From NCBI GenBank assembly GCA_964199315.1, contig OZ116700.1, forward strand, positions 1,178,001-1,242,000: a stretch of DNA of 64,000 nucleotides. The letters are read 5' to 3'. The notes under the pieces are model-generated. The model did not search any database and was not told where the DNA came from. It was given only the letters and a program-made list of their open reading frames with translations. This DNA is from Orbicella franksi (Eukaryota). Positions 1 through 11,842 of this stretch are shown here, piece after piece; positions within the stretch are counted from its first letter, which is position 1, and the number at the start of each line of letters is the position of its first letter. The position numbers and the translations under genes were made by a program.

Positions 1-77
1 TTCGCGTCACTTTAATTTCGCGATTTTTTTTTAAATCGCTAAATTAACGAGTCGCGAAGATTTCATGTAATAAGGTA
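1..77. mobile_element. Right end of a probable MITE, truncated by the window edge
   Basis: TCGCG-rich subterminal repeats ending in ...TTTCATGTAATAAGGTA (terminal TA); the partner end is not in the window. Confidence 0.35.
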
Positions 78-240
78 GTCCTATTACATATGCTAATTTT
101 CTATTTTCCGGCTCCATATTTTGGTGACGAGCTAAATTAGAAATCTCTCAATAATAAGAGAAATGTCGGCAATAGTGTTGAGCAATTTCATCGTCACTTA
201 GAGTATTTATACCGTTATTCATACATTATTCCTATTGCAG

Positions 241-3200
241 CACGGCGGAAAGCTGAGGAAGAAATGTTAAAGAAACCGTTCCAACACGTGTATATCACGT
301 GCCCTGATGGCCAGCACGTGCAGTACTTAAATGATAACTGTTATCAGAGCAGAGAAAATAAGGGAGGAGTGATCGTGAGGCAGAGCTATCCCATCAAGCC
401 ACTAGGGCCTGCCAGAGGAAAACCAGCATCACAAGAAACCTCTCGTACTGTGATGACAGACGGAACAGTGATTAAAGTGAGTTAAAGCTTACCCAGGCTT
501 CTGATTGCGCTCCTTTCCACGTTTTCCACGTTTCCTTTTCCTAAAATTTGAATTCTTTTGTAATTGCAAAGCCTTCTGCTGCTAAATGTTTTTCGAAAGT
601 GTAAGAAAGAAGATCAACTAGAATCAACATAAAATCTCTCTTCCTTTGAGTTTCAGCCATACCAATCCGTACCAACGTATCTGGATAATAATTGGCGAAA
701 TCTGTGGAAAACGCGTGATCTCGCCATTTTCAGAAAACTTTATCAGAAGAAAGCAAACAAAAGAAAGAAACAAAACAAAAACAACATTGTCTACGGTCAG
801 AGCCGAAAAAGAAATGATGGCTTTCTTCTCTGATAAATCGGCGTTTTATAATAATCCCTCATGAATAGTATCATGAAATAAGCCTAATAAATATCTCGTT
901 CGGCCTGCCCTCGGTATGTACATGGATTAAACCTCCGTTCTTGGTACTCACCTCTTATTTTGTGTGGCTAAGGCAGTAGGCCCTTTGCAGCTGGGGTCAC
1001 GTGACCAAATTTTTCCCTGAAAATTTTTATATTATGGGCTATAACTTAAAAAATGCCAGAAATGGAAAGAGCGCATCGAAAATACCAAAATGGTCAAGTT
1101 TGAGGCCCCTGGAATTAAAGAGTAAATTTATACGACAGTCCGAATTTTCGGAAAATTTAGAGGATTTGTATGTAAAATGTTGCTGGAGAGCAAGGTCTTG
1201 CTCTCCAGCAACTTTTTTCATACAAATCCTCTTATTCTTTTAAAAATTCGGACCGTCATAAAATCTCCTTCTTTAACGATTGGGGCCTCAAACTTGGCCA
1301 TTTTGATATTTTCGACATGCTTTTTCCATTTCTGGCATTCGTTAAGTTATAGCCCATAATTTTGTGAAAAATAGGTCATGTGATGGCTTAGCTGCAGAGG
1401 GCCTATTATAACTAAAGCTATTTATTCATCTGTAGCTACTCACTGATGGAAGCGTCGAAGTCCTTTTTCCCGATGGTGCAGTAAGTAAGTGTCAATCTTA
1501 TCCCATGAAAAGCACCCCTCCCACAAGTAAGCCAGGCAGTGCCATAGCCAGGCAAGACCCATCTATGACTGCAGTTAGAAAGAGCCTTCGTGGGCCAGGA
1601 ATGAATTCAAAGCCCTCAGAGGAGCCTTCGGTGCCAGCGATTTCTCTACCTGAGAAAGTCCCTGAATGGTCAAGCACAGGTGCCGATGGGTACAGAGTTG
1701 TGAGTCTGCCTGAAGGAGGTCACGAGACTGTTGCTAGTGTACTCTGTTCTTTAGCCACTTGCCCTCAGAGTGGAAAGGTCAGTACTACTTTTTATTAATA
1801 AACTCTGAAATATGGATACTGAGGTATCCTTATATTAATAAAACAAAGGCAGTATTTGACATGTTGTACGTATCGTAACAGCGTTGTTAATGACATGATT
1901 GCCTCCGCGAAGCACACATTTTATTCATCAGTGATCCAGGAAAACTCAGGGAACTCTGGATGTCTTTTTAAGACAATAGAGAAGCTTCTGCACTCCAATC
2001 CAGTCCAGCGTTATCCATCTGGGCCTAATAACTGTTCTCTGTCCGAATCATTCGTTGAATATTTTAGTGACAAAATTGTTAAAATCCGCAATGATCTTGA
2101 CAAAGTTAATGGAACTCTGAATGACGGTCAAGTTACTTCATGCAATGCTGAGTCTGAAAGCTGTCTAGCTGGTCAGCTGCTAAGTGAATTTAAACTGGTC
2201 ACTGAGGAGGTCGTATCTGGTTTCGTGAATCACCTGTGTTCAAAGTCCTGTACACTTGATCCAATTCCATCTTCAGTGTTCAAAGGGTGCAGTCATTATC
2301 TGCTTCCAATGATCACTCGTATAGTTAACTTGTCTCTTACAAGTGGCCAAGTACCTGATAGATTCAAGGTTGCCATGTTGAAGCCGTTGTTGAAAAAGAG
2401 TGGAGCTGATCATGAACTATTTTCTAACTTTCGTCCTGTCTCGAATTTATATTTTCTATCCAAAGTTACGGAGAAAGCAGTTGCAGCACAATTAATGGAC
2501 CACCTTAATGATAATGAAGGCTTATTAGAAGAATTTCAGTCGGCATATAAATCTCATCACAGTACAGAGACTGCGCTTGTGAGAGTTCAAAATGATATTT
2601 TGAAGGCTATTGACAATAACAGATCGGTTATATTACTATTGCTCGATTTATCGGCTGCGTTTGATACTGTCGATCATTCGATTTTGTTATCTAGACTACA
2701 GAATCGCTTTGGTATTAGGAACACTGCTCTTAATTGGTTTCATTCGTACCTTCACTCACGCGAACAGTTTGTTTCTGTTAATGGAATTGAATCGTCAAAG
2801 AAGAATTTACCCTACGGGGTACCACAGGGTTCTGTACTGGGACCCTTGTTGTATTCCCTTTATACAAGTCCGCTGGGTGACATAGCCAGAAAGCATAGCA
2901 TACCGTTTCATCTCTATGCAGATGACACACAGTTGTACTTGTCGTTTACGTCCAACTGTCCTAATCATCTATCAAGCTCAAAGATGGCCGTAGAATTATG
3001 TGTTAAGGACATTGGGGACTGGATGCTGCGCAACAAACTTAAGTTAAATCGGGATAAGACTGAACTTTTGGTTATTAGTTCTAAATATCGTCCACGACCA
3101 CCCCTCGACTATATACGAGTTGGTGATGAAGTAATCAAGTCTAGTAAACAGGCCAGGAATTTAGGAGTTGCATTCGATCAATGTTTGGATTTCAAAGAAC

Positions 3201-6200
3201 ACGTTAAAATAACCTGCAAGAGCGCATTTTTCCGCATTCGTAGTATAGCTAAAATTAGGCGATACCTATCCCAGAGTACTACTGAGACTATTGTTCACGC
3301 TTACATAACATCGCGTTTGGACTATTGTAACGCCCTACTGTATGGTCTCCCAAAGTATCTGATTAATAGACTTCAACTTGTACAGAACTCTGCAGCTCGC
3401 CTTGTTACCTTGACTAGAAGACAGGAACACATCACACCAATACTAAGGAGCTTACATTGGTTGCCAGTTCATTTTAGGATTATTTTCAAAATATTGTTGT
3501 TAACTTACAAAGCTCTGAATGGACTGGCCCCTGATTACATTAGAGACCTACTGCGATTTAACATTTCTGGTTGGACACTAAGATCTTCAAACAACAGGTT
3601 GCTTGATGAGCCTAGAGCAAATCTTAAAACGTATGGTGAAAGGGCTTTTTCCGTGGCGGCACCAAGGCTCTGGAATAAACTACCCCTCCAGATCAGACTC
3701 TCATCATCAGAGGCAGTTTTTAAGGCTAATCTTAAGACTTATCTTTTTAAGCGTGCATTTGATTTGTAGTTTTTACTTTTTATTTCTAGCCTAATTGTAT
3801 TATATAGCGTATTTTATTCTTAGGATTTTAACTTTTAGGATTTAGGATTTTAGGTTTTTAAAGAATTAGGATTTTAATTTTAAAGTATTGTAAAGCGCCA
3901 TGGACAATTAGTGGAAAATGGCGCTATATAAATGTATATTTATTTTATTTATCTATTCCTTCTTGGCTCTGAAATCATGCTAGTTATTTTGCAAGAAAGT
4001 GACGTCCTGGGCATAACAGAAATGAAAGTGGCCTGTTGCCCTTTCTGACGCATTTAGGCGTACATGAATTCAAGTCTGTTATGTTAAGCTACAGACATCA
4101 CTTCAAATGCAAAAAAAAAAGAAAAAAAAAACTTGAACCAATCAGTTTTGATAACCAATCAGACTCCTCCCTGACTAGGGAAAAAGTTTGTAATTTTAAA
4201 TTAGATGCTTAGAATAAACGGGATTAAACTGAAGTTGTACGTCTACTTTTATTAGGTTCTCAAAACGCGGGAAGACAACGTTGTCACGGTTGATTGCCCG
4301 GACGGAACACGAATTGTGGAACACGCGGACGGAACACGCATTACAACGTTCCACAAACAAGTTGTGTGCGAACTCCAGGCACCCGACAACGAGACAGGGG
4401 AACAAGCTGAATACCTTGAGATGACCAAAACCTATGTCAAAGTAGAGTGTACTGGGTTCGCTACGGTGATTTTCGATAGTGACTTGGGTTTGTGTGAGAC
4501 TGTGTTTGGTAATGGCACGAGACTCGACACACAGGCTAATGGTGTGTCTGTTATGCACAGGCCAGATGGAACACAATTACAAATAGAAACTAAAGGTAGG
4601 AGAAAGTGAATTCATGACTTAGCACGCTTCAGTGCAAATGACCTAGCATGAAGTAGCGAGTAGTCATAGCCATAAGTAACCAAAGAAGTCACACTGAGGC
4701 ACTGCATCACTTAAAAAGAGCTAGTTCACAGACTTTCAAAATTAACTTCACACTGTTATTTGCCAAGTATTATTTATATACACAAAAACTACTTAAGGAG
4801 GAAATAAACTTGAAAAAAATTCATTAGAAAGCTCACTTCTAAACTTCAAATCGAAAAGTTAGCTTAAGTTTCTAAGAATGCTGCTCTATGGCCTCCTCCC
4901 ACCCTTGCCCCTCTTTAAATCAACACAGGAGGTGCTATGATATGCGATAAACAAACTACAGCATCCTTCTTTCTTTTTCGTTGCTTTGTTCTGTTTTGTG
5001 TTGCCCATATTAACAATATTAAGAAGTAAGTGAAATAATACAATACAGCCAGAGAAATCATACATTTCAAAATGCGGTTTAAGATGATTATAAGTACCGT
5101 TGTCGGCTAAAGTGCAAGAAATTAGATAAGTAGCATATTTGATAAGTGTAAACACCGTTTATTTGTATTGTTTACTAGGGCAACTGTATTGTAATTAGTG
5201 TAAGTGTAGGATACTGTAATTCAATCATTGTAAGTAGTGTTAGTTTTTTTTTCTTTTTTATTAGTGAATCTTGGTATGTTGTTACCATCCCAATGAAATT
5301 TTAAAAAAAAAACCTCAAGGGAAAACAAACAGAAAAAGAACTTTTAAGGCTTCAGAAATGTCCACAGATGGAAAACAAAAGTGTCATTATAAATTCAGGT
5401 TTAGTTGTGGTTCTATGGACATGCTCAAAAATCATTCTGTTGTTATGTGCAGTAGAGATTTCATCTCTTCCTTCAGCCTTAATTTTGTTTCCTTCGCACT
5501 CTTTGTGTTCCTATCTTTCTCTGACAGGTAGTGTGTCATACTATGGCCGTGACACTCAAACCATGAAAGAAAGCCATTGCTCCAAAACACCTGAGGGTGT
5601 TTATGTCATGCGCACTGCAAGCCAGTTTTGCTGTGAAATGACAGATGAGAGAGGAACCCACTTTACAGTGATGTCAAACGGTCACATGACAGTTGACAAG
5701 GGGGAAAGTGGATCTATAAATAAGGAGATTATTAGCAAAACAGAGGGTACTTTTGATGAAAAAGAGGAGCCGTCAGAACCGGGGCCCATACAGCAAGCAT
5801 CTCTGAGCCCCATAGTGCCTCGCTTCTTCATCATTCGTGCTGATGGAACAGGCTCTGAGCTCTTACACAGTGTGGACGTGAAGGACTTCCTGCAACAGGC
5901 CGAGGAGGACCCCGCCACGGCGGTGTTAAAGAGCTCCTTGGAAGGACAAGACGATGTGACAGGGCTTACAGTCTTGAGGCCTTACTCTGGTAAGGATAAT
6001 TAGAAGCGATTGTAGAACTAACATGGTTATTTTGGTTGATGATATTTGTAAAGATAGTTTAGAACAAAAGTCCAAAGGCCAGACAGTCATTTCCGATCAA
6101 TTTCTGAACATATCCTAACCCTAACCCTTGGACAAGATCCCAATTCCATTTATTTCAAACCTAAGCCCCTGATTAAATTTGGCGAACCTGGTGTATTTTT

Positions 6201-9200
6201 CGAAGCTTCTTGATTGCCTGTATTCCTCTGAAAGGGGGTGAATCATGGAGTGTAGAAAGAAAGCGCAGGGCATCACAGCTTTCCTCAGTCTTCTCTCTTT
6301 CTCTTGTTTCCCGCAGTCTTAAAGCCTGAGTATTTATATCGCATCACGTCATGTGCAAAAAGTGTACTTACCTTAATAATGATAGTAATTGTAATTAACC
6401 ATTTATATCAAAGCTAAATCCAGACAGTTGAACCAATCAGATTGTACCGTCTTTATCTTTACCAACAGGTGGGACAGGTAAGATTTGGTGCAAAGAGAAG
6501 GACGAGGAGCTCATCATTCCACAGGGGCTTAGAGAGAGGGACTTCAAAGTGATGCCTTCCAAAGAACTAAAGAAACCAGGACTTGTTTTTGGCACTAATG
6601 CTGGTAAAGAACTTCTCTGTGTGATCTTTTGGTTTGATGCGTAAAGGTTTGAATGTTCACGTTATCACCGTAACCCTGTTTTGTGTCATCCTTCTTTGAT
6701 CATAAAATCATCCAAGTCGTCCATAGACGTTTCCTTTTACTGATTTGTTTTTTATAAGGTGACGGTCTTAACATTGGTTCCGCTGCGATGAAGCCTATTC
6801 CCCCACCTCACATCACATGTCCGCGGGTTCTAGAGTTCCGCCAACTAATTCAGTACAAGCCGCTGACCGCGGAACAACGACAACAGATCTCTAAGGCCAT
6901 GCAGGCTTATGGGGAATACCTGGAAAAGAGGAAAACAGGATTAGACGACTTGCTGCCGCGAGATCCTCGAGATGAGAGCGAGAAGATCGTGGCCGAGGAA
7001 CTGGACGCTAAAGTGAGTGTTCGTTTCTCCGTTGTAGGGGTTGTTGCTGTTGGCTCTGAATTGATTAGGTCTGTAAGTGGAAGATTGTAGAATAAGCACG
7101 GGAAACCAGAGTGAATACCATCGCGCGTATATGAATTTTCTCTGATTGATCGACACATAACACAACTTCTAAGGAATCACAGCAGAACTGAAAGTGAAAG
7201 ACATTCCTTTTCAGTGGCAATCTAAACCTGAACTAACCTCAAGAATTTGCTTCTTAATCACAGGTCAGATCAGATACCGAGAAGGGAGTCACGTCACGTG
7301 AGGAACAAGGTGCAATGGCTCATTCTTCCCATTGTTTTGTTTTGTACCTATAGCTGAATGCGTTTTGTTTTACTTAAAATCAAGCGTATTTCGTGTTATG
7401 TAACAATACTTAAACTCAAACCTGTTTCGTTTTATGTAACAGGGTCTATGTTGAGAGACATACGAAACACGGTAGACAAGTTGTCTGGTAAGTTATTTAG
7501 TATAATTGTCTTGCATTCTTCAACGGTTATGAAATAATAACGTGAAGTCATTACATTTTCTCTAATGTTTGCTGCTGATTCTCGGATCCATGCTCTCCTC
7601 TCTCGTTCCGTTATTATGCCGTTCCTTTCCTGCTTACATTATTTCTTCGGTCTTTTTTCTCCCACTTAAGAACACCCTGCTGTCTTTTCCGCTATCTTCC
7701 AATATTTTGGTGTGAAGTTTCCCTGTTTCCTAATCTAGATCAAACGAAAAATGAAGACATAAGCTGTAAATACATCGATGAAATAACGCCCGATCCAGTT
7801 CCCCCGCCTCCTCCCCCGAAATGGAAAAGATCTGTGTCAGAGTGGGAGCGGGACCGAATAGAACTGGCCGAACTGGATTATGGGAAACATGCCTTGCGAT
7901 ACAAAGAAGTGCCGCCTTACTTTGAGACGACTCCAGGTATAAAGTGACTAGTTTAGCATTATCGTGTCCTTGTTTGCATCATTTTAACAATGTTAAGAAG
8001 TGGTTTTAAAACTATAGAAGGAGCTGATGTTAAAATATATCAGGCCACCAGGAATCTAGTTTCAATTGAATAATGAAATTGTAAAATTGTGATGCTATGA
8101 AATCATGTGAAGTAGAGTATTATTGCATTGTTAGGTCAAGAGTTTCTTAAAGGTATATATAGTCAGAAGGTCCCAGACATGGATACTTTAACGTCTGAAT
8201 TAGCACAGCAAACTCGTCATCCATCCCCTGGGGAAAGTAGCCCTGCTGAGACACCAGAAATTGTTGTACATGAGGGAAGCGCTGCATCTAATCGGACAGG
8301 TAAGCTGTGGAGGCGATGTTCGAGCCGTGTGATCAATCGATTGACTTTTAACTTTCAACTGTCAGCTAGTCTGAGCTTTACAAATTATGATGGCTAACTA
8401 TCTTAACCTGATGTATATAACAATTTTTTTAAGAAAAGTTAAAAGCTCTATTTATAAAAGGTTACACCCGTTCTCACTTGTGTGGTTTTCAGCAATCAAC
8501 CGCAACTAAATTTTATTGTAAAATTGATTGCAACGACCTCAGGGTGAATTCAATAATTTTATTTCAAAGCAATAAGGCTTTATTTGTAAATTTTAGAAAT
8601 ACTTGTCAACTGGATCAGTAAGAAAATCTCTGCCGTTTGCATCGGGAAAAGATGTACTTAAGAGTAACAATAATTATTAATATTTTTTTATTGGAGAATC
8701 GAGAAGTGGTACTAAACACACGAAAAACGATTTGTCTTTCTCTCTCTCGCCTGCTTTTGGGAACGTAATAGCGTTAGTAATCTCATGTTCAATTCATTCT
8801 ATTGCAGAGTGGGTTGCAAAACTACTCGAATTTCTTTTAATTTTCGCACCTCTCTGCGAACTTTGACAGAGACATTCATTATTATGTCCACCGCTGTGTA
8901 CGACAGGAACGTCTGCCATGTTTTCTGTGAATGGTACACTCACAGCTCAGAAACAACTGTGCAAGAAAATAACTCTGTTCTCAACCAATAGCTTTTCAGA
9001 AATTTCTCAGCTTGTATCATAAGTGAGCTAAGAGCCAGTTTGTTTTACTCATTCCTTCCGTAGAGGGAGACAAAGTTCCAGCCAGCCCTGATGTTGCCCT
9101 CTCCACCACAAATGGAGAGACAACTTCCCTTCCTACTGGCGAGCCAAGCGCCACACCTAACGGCATGAGGCCTACTAACCCCACCCCGGCGCATGCCACT

Positions 9201-11842
9201 GGTAATGGTACCCCTACCCCAGTGCGTCCAACTAATCCTACTCCGTCTCAGGCCTCTACAGCTGTCAATCCTCGTCCCAGTAACCCTACACCAAGACAGG
9301 CTTCTGAGCTTCTTTCGCAAGAGTCACCCCTCCAGGGAGACTCCCCACAGTGGAGAACCAACTTGGAGTCTGTTCAAGAGGTAGACGTTCCCTCTTCCGT
9401 GGAGGAAGAAGTGAAGGGGCCAGTTGAGGCAGAAGACCCGGATGACGAAGAAAATGTCCCAATGTTCTCGGGTGAGAAAGTGACTTCTAATTTTGCCACA
9501 GCTCACAAAGTGTTCATGTATTTTTTGACAATTTTCTTAAAGCTCAGTTTAACCCAATCAATCACATTCTAAGATAACTTACTTCAACGGGTAATCGAAC
9601 TTTAGCATCGTTCAACAGCAAACCCAAACTTTCTTTACATTTTGTTTTGTCAAAGGAAAAACTCATTACTTCTCCTGTAGATGTCAAAACGTTTTGCTTA
9701 ACAAGTTTATCGAGTAGAAACTGTACGCCTCTAAAATTCAGTACATAAAGCTTTGTAGAAAAACAAGATACATGTAAAAACAGAGGAGGGGACGGGTAGT
9801 AGAGCTAATGTCAAGCGTGTTATACCGTCGCTACTTGACAACCTCTTGACAATTTATGCTCCAGTTTCTTTCATATTTTTTATGTTTACTTTACATTCTC
9901 TTACTTTCTGCTCACAGCTGATATGCCGCAAGTTGGTCCACGAAGTTTATATTTTGATGTAACTGGAGACGCTAGAGGAGAGAAAGTAAAACTGCCCAGT
10001 TGCATCAGGAGTTCTAAACCAGGAGCACTTCCCAACAGCCAGGTGTGTACTTTCCCTCGTCCCCCCATTTCCCACTTCCTAACACCCAGGTGTGTACCTT
10101 CCTTTGTCCCCCCATCCCCCACTTCCCAACACCTAGGTGTGTACCTTCCCTCGTCCCCCCATCCCCCACTTCCTAACATCCAGGTTTTTACCACCCCTCG
10201 TTCCCCACCTGCACACTTGTCATTCTGTTTTTGATCAGTTTAGCATCAGGTATTCCGTACTAAAGTTCCAATCTATGAGACAAGCTTTACTTCAGAATGA
10301 AGGAACTTGTGAGTTGGAATTTGGTATAAACGTATGGCTTCTGTTTCAATGTTATCTCATCTTAAATGTTATTGTTTTGGGGTCTTCAACGTTAACCTGT
10401 TGTAGGTTCTCAGGTTTATTATCTTTAAGTACTCGTTTAGTCGCAACTTGAGATTAGAACAATTGATTCTGTCCAGTCTCCAAGTGTAATATATATTTCA
10501 GTTCTTTGAAGTTGAAGATCCCGTACGGCGGCGTGTACATACAGTGTCGGTGACGGGAGGCGATCAACAACAAGTGGAGAGCCTCCGAGGCTTTGAGCTG
10601 TTCCCCGCGCAGGTGTCGTTTGGAGTTCTGAAGGAAGGCTGTACCTATGTTCACAGCGTGCTCTTTAAAAATGTCGGTATTGATAGCTGTCGCTACAAAA
10701 TCAATCAACCGCCGCCATCAACAGGACTGCGTGTTCTTTATCAACCTGGTCCTGTAAGTTTACTTGTCATCATCATTAAATGTTGTTGTTGTTGGTGGTG
10801 GTGGTGGTGGTGGTGGTGCTGCTGCTGCTGTTGGAACGTGCAGACACCAACCGAAAAGACGTCAAAAGGGAAAAAAGTTTAGCCTTTTATGTCCTTGTTT
10901 TTTATTTATTTATCTATTTCTTCTTTTGTTCGCCTATTTTTGTTTGCTCGTTTATTAATTGAGTTTTGGGACATTCCTACAGTTTGCACATTATATTGCC
11001 CTGATGCGTGAAAGGCAGCGCCGTAAATGAATAGTGCTAAGTATAAAGACAGGCTGTTAAGGGCACAGCACGGTGTCAGCTGTAGTGCATATCATTGAAC
11101 AAATTGAACATTACTTGGCGTACATCACACTTATGTTAATGTACTCAAATCTCTCTCCTCCAGGTGGCTGCTGGTATGAACACTGTCCTCGATGTGGAAA
11201 TATTTGCCGTGGCAGTGGGCGTGGTCGGCGAGAGTGGTTTAGGTCACGTGGGCCATCATGTAGAGATAGTTACTGAGACTGACATACTTTACCTGCCAGT
11301 TACTGCAAATATCCTTTAAACGTTGTAATACCTAAATGTTAGCCTACCACTGTTAGGACAACATACAACGGGGGGGAGGGGGGGGGAGTTTTTTCTGATC
11401 AAAAAAGGCTGCTCGCATAATTCAATTCCTCCAGGAGCCCGTCACTCCTGATTCTTCAAATATCCAATCAGATACTTGTCCAAGTCAAGTAATTTCTTGC
11501 CGCGTAGACTTTGAAACATTTTTTCCGATTTCCTTGCGCTTGGATAGTTCTGTAAATCTTTTGATGTCTGTGAACGAAAAGAAGCATAGTCTGGGTTACG
11601 TTGATTGGTTAGGTAGCTGTTCCTGCGCCTGTGCGCTTAAAATGATTGGTGTGGTGCTGTTGTAGATCTTTCCTTGACTCAGGCTACCTATCATGACGGT
11701 ATATGAGTACGAGGCCCGCTATGGGGATACCCTGGAGGGGCTCGCACAAGGAACACGGAGGGTGCCCAACAGGCCGCCATCTAGAGACCCTACACGGCCC
11801 CGTAAAGAAGAGGACTACGTACTATTAGACACATCTCAGTAG
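241..11842 (+). CDS. SPAG17: Sperm-associated antigen 17 (central-pair protein PF6 homologue), 3' part of a multi-exon gene; 5' exons lie outside the window
   Basis: 15 exons join in phase: 241-476, 1436-1777, 4256-4595, 5528-5989, 6469-6603, 6759-7012, 7264-7309, 7443-7487, 7739-7936, 8135-8299, 9064-9471, 9918-10042, 10502-10753, 11164-11308, 11688-11842 (TAG). Peptides recognised as SPAG17-like: [115 protein letters not shown]. The two short middle exons (7264, 7443) are the least certain. Confidence 0.93.
979..1403. mobile_element. Foldback MITE, about 425 bp, with TA target duplication, in a SPAG17 intron
   Basis: TA-GGCCCTTTGCAGCT...AGCTGCAGAGGGCC-TA. The inverted arms continue for about 140 bp (e.g. 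TTATGGGCTATAACTT / AAGTTATAGCCCATAA; AAGTTTGAGGCCCC / GGGGCCTCAAACTT). Confidence 0.85.
1856..3952 (+). mobile_element. 5'-truncated L2/CR1-group non-LTR retrotransposon with an uninterrupted reverse transcriptase frame (1856-3769)
   Basis: RT motifs LLDLSAAFDTVDH, GVPQGSVLGPLL, YADDTQLY; C-terminal SRLDYCNALL, LHWLPV..RI.FK, FSVAAPRLWNKLP. No endonuclease domain. The 3' end has a stem AGCGCCA(3894-3900)/TGGCGCT(3919-3925), then ATATAAAT and a (TTATT)n tail. It lies inside SPAG17 intron 1778-4255. Confidence 0.93.
10025..10210 (+). repeat. 47-bp minisatellite, about 4 copies, spanning a SPAG17 exon/intron junction
   Basis: AGGT recurs at 10041, 10088, 10135 and 10182 (period 47). The unit is about CACTTCCCAACACCCAGGTGTGTACCTTCCCTCGTCCCCCCATCCCC. 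Confidence 0.9.
10780..10832. repeat. Compound trinucleotide microsatellite (TGT)n(TGG)n(TGC)n
   Basis: Directly visible; intronic, 27 bp after the donor at 10754. Confidence 0.95.
11309..11687 (+). other. SPAG17: U12-type (minor spliceosome) AT-AC intron, last intron of SPAG17
   Basis: 5' end ATATCCTTT at 11309; branch-site TTCCTTGAC at 11670-11678; terminal AC at 11686-11687. Removing it gives the continuous peptide LPVTA-TIMTVYEY through to the stop at 11842. Confidence 0.9.

Noticed and set aside
1824-1832. U12-like donor GTATCCTTA in a SPAG17 intron
   Set aside because: Using it would include an in-frame stop at 1796-1798, and the acceptor at 4255 has no U12 branch site; the U2 donor at 1778 fits the protein.
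10754-10962. ORFs with poly-W/C, poly-G/A or poly-V/L runs (10544-10882 tail, 10764-10958, 10780-10962)
   Set aside because: They are translations of an intronic trinucleotide microsatellite; the real exon ends at the GT donor at 10754.
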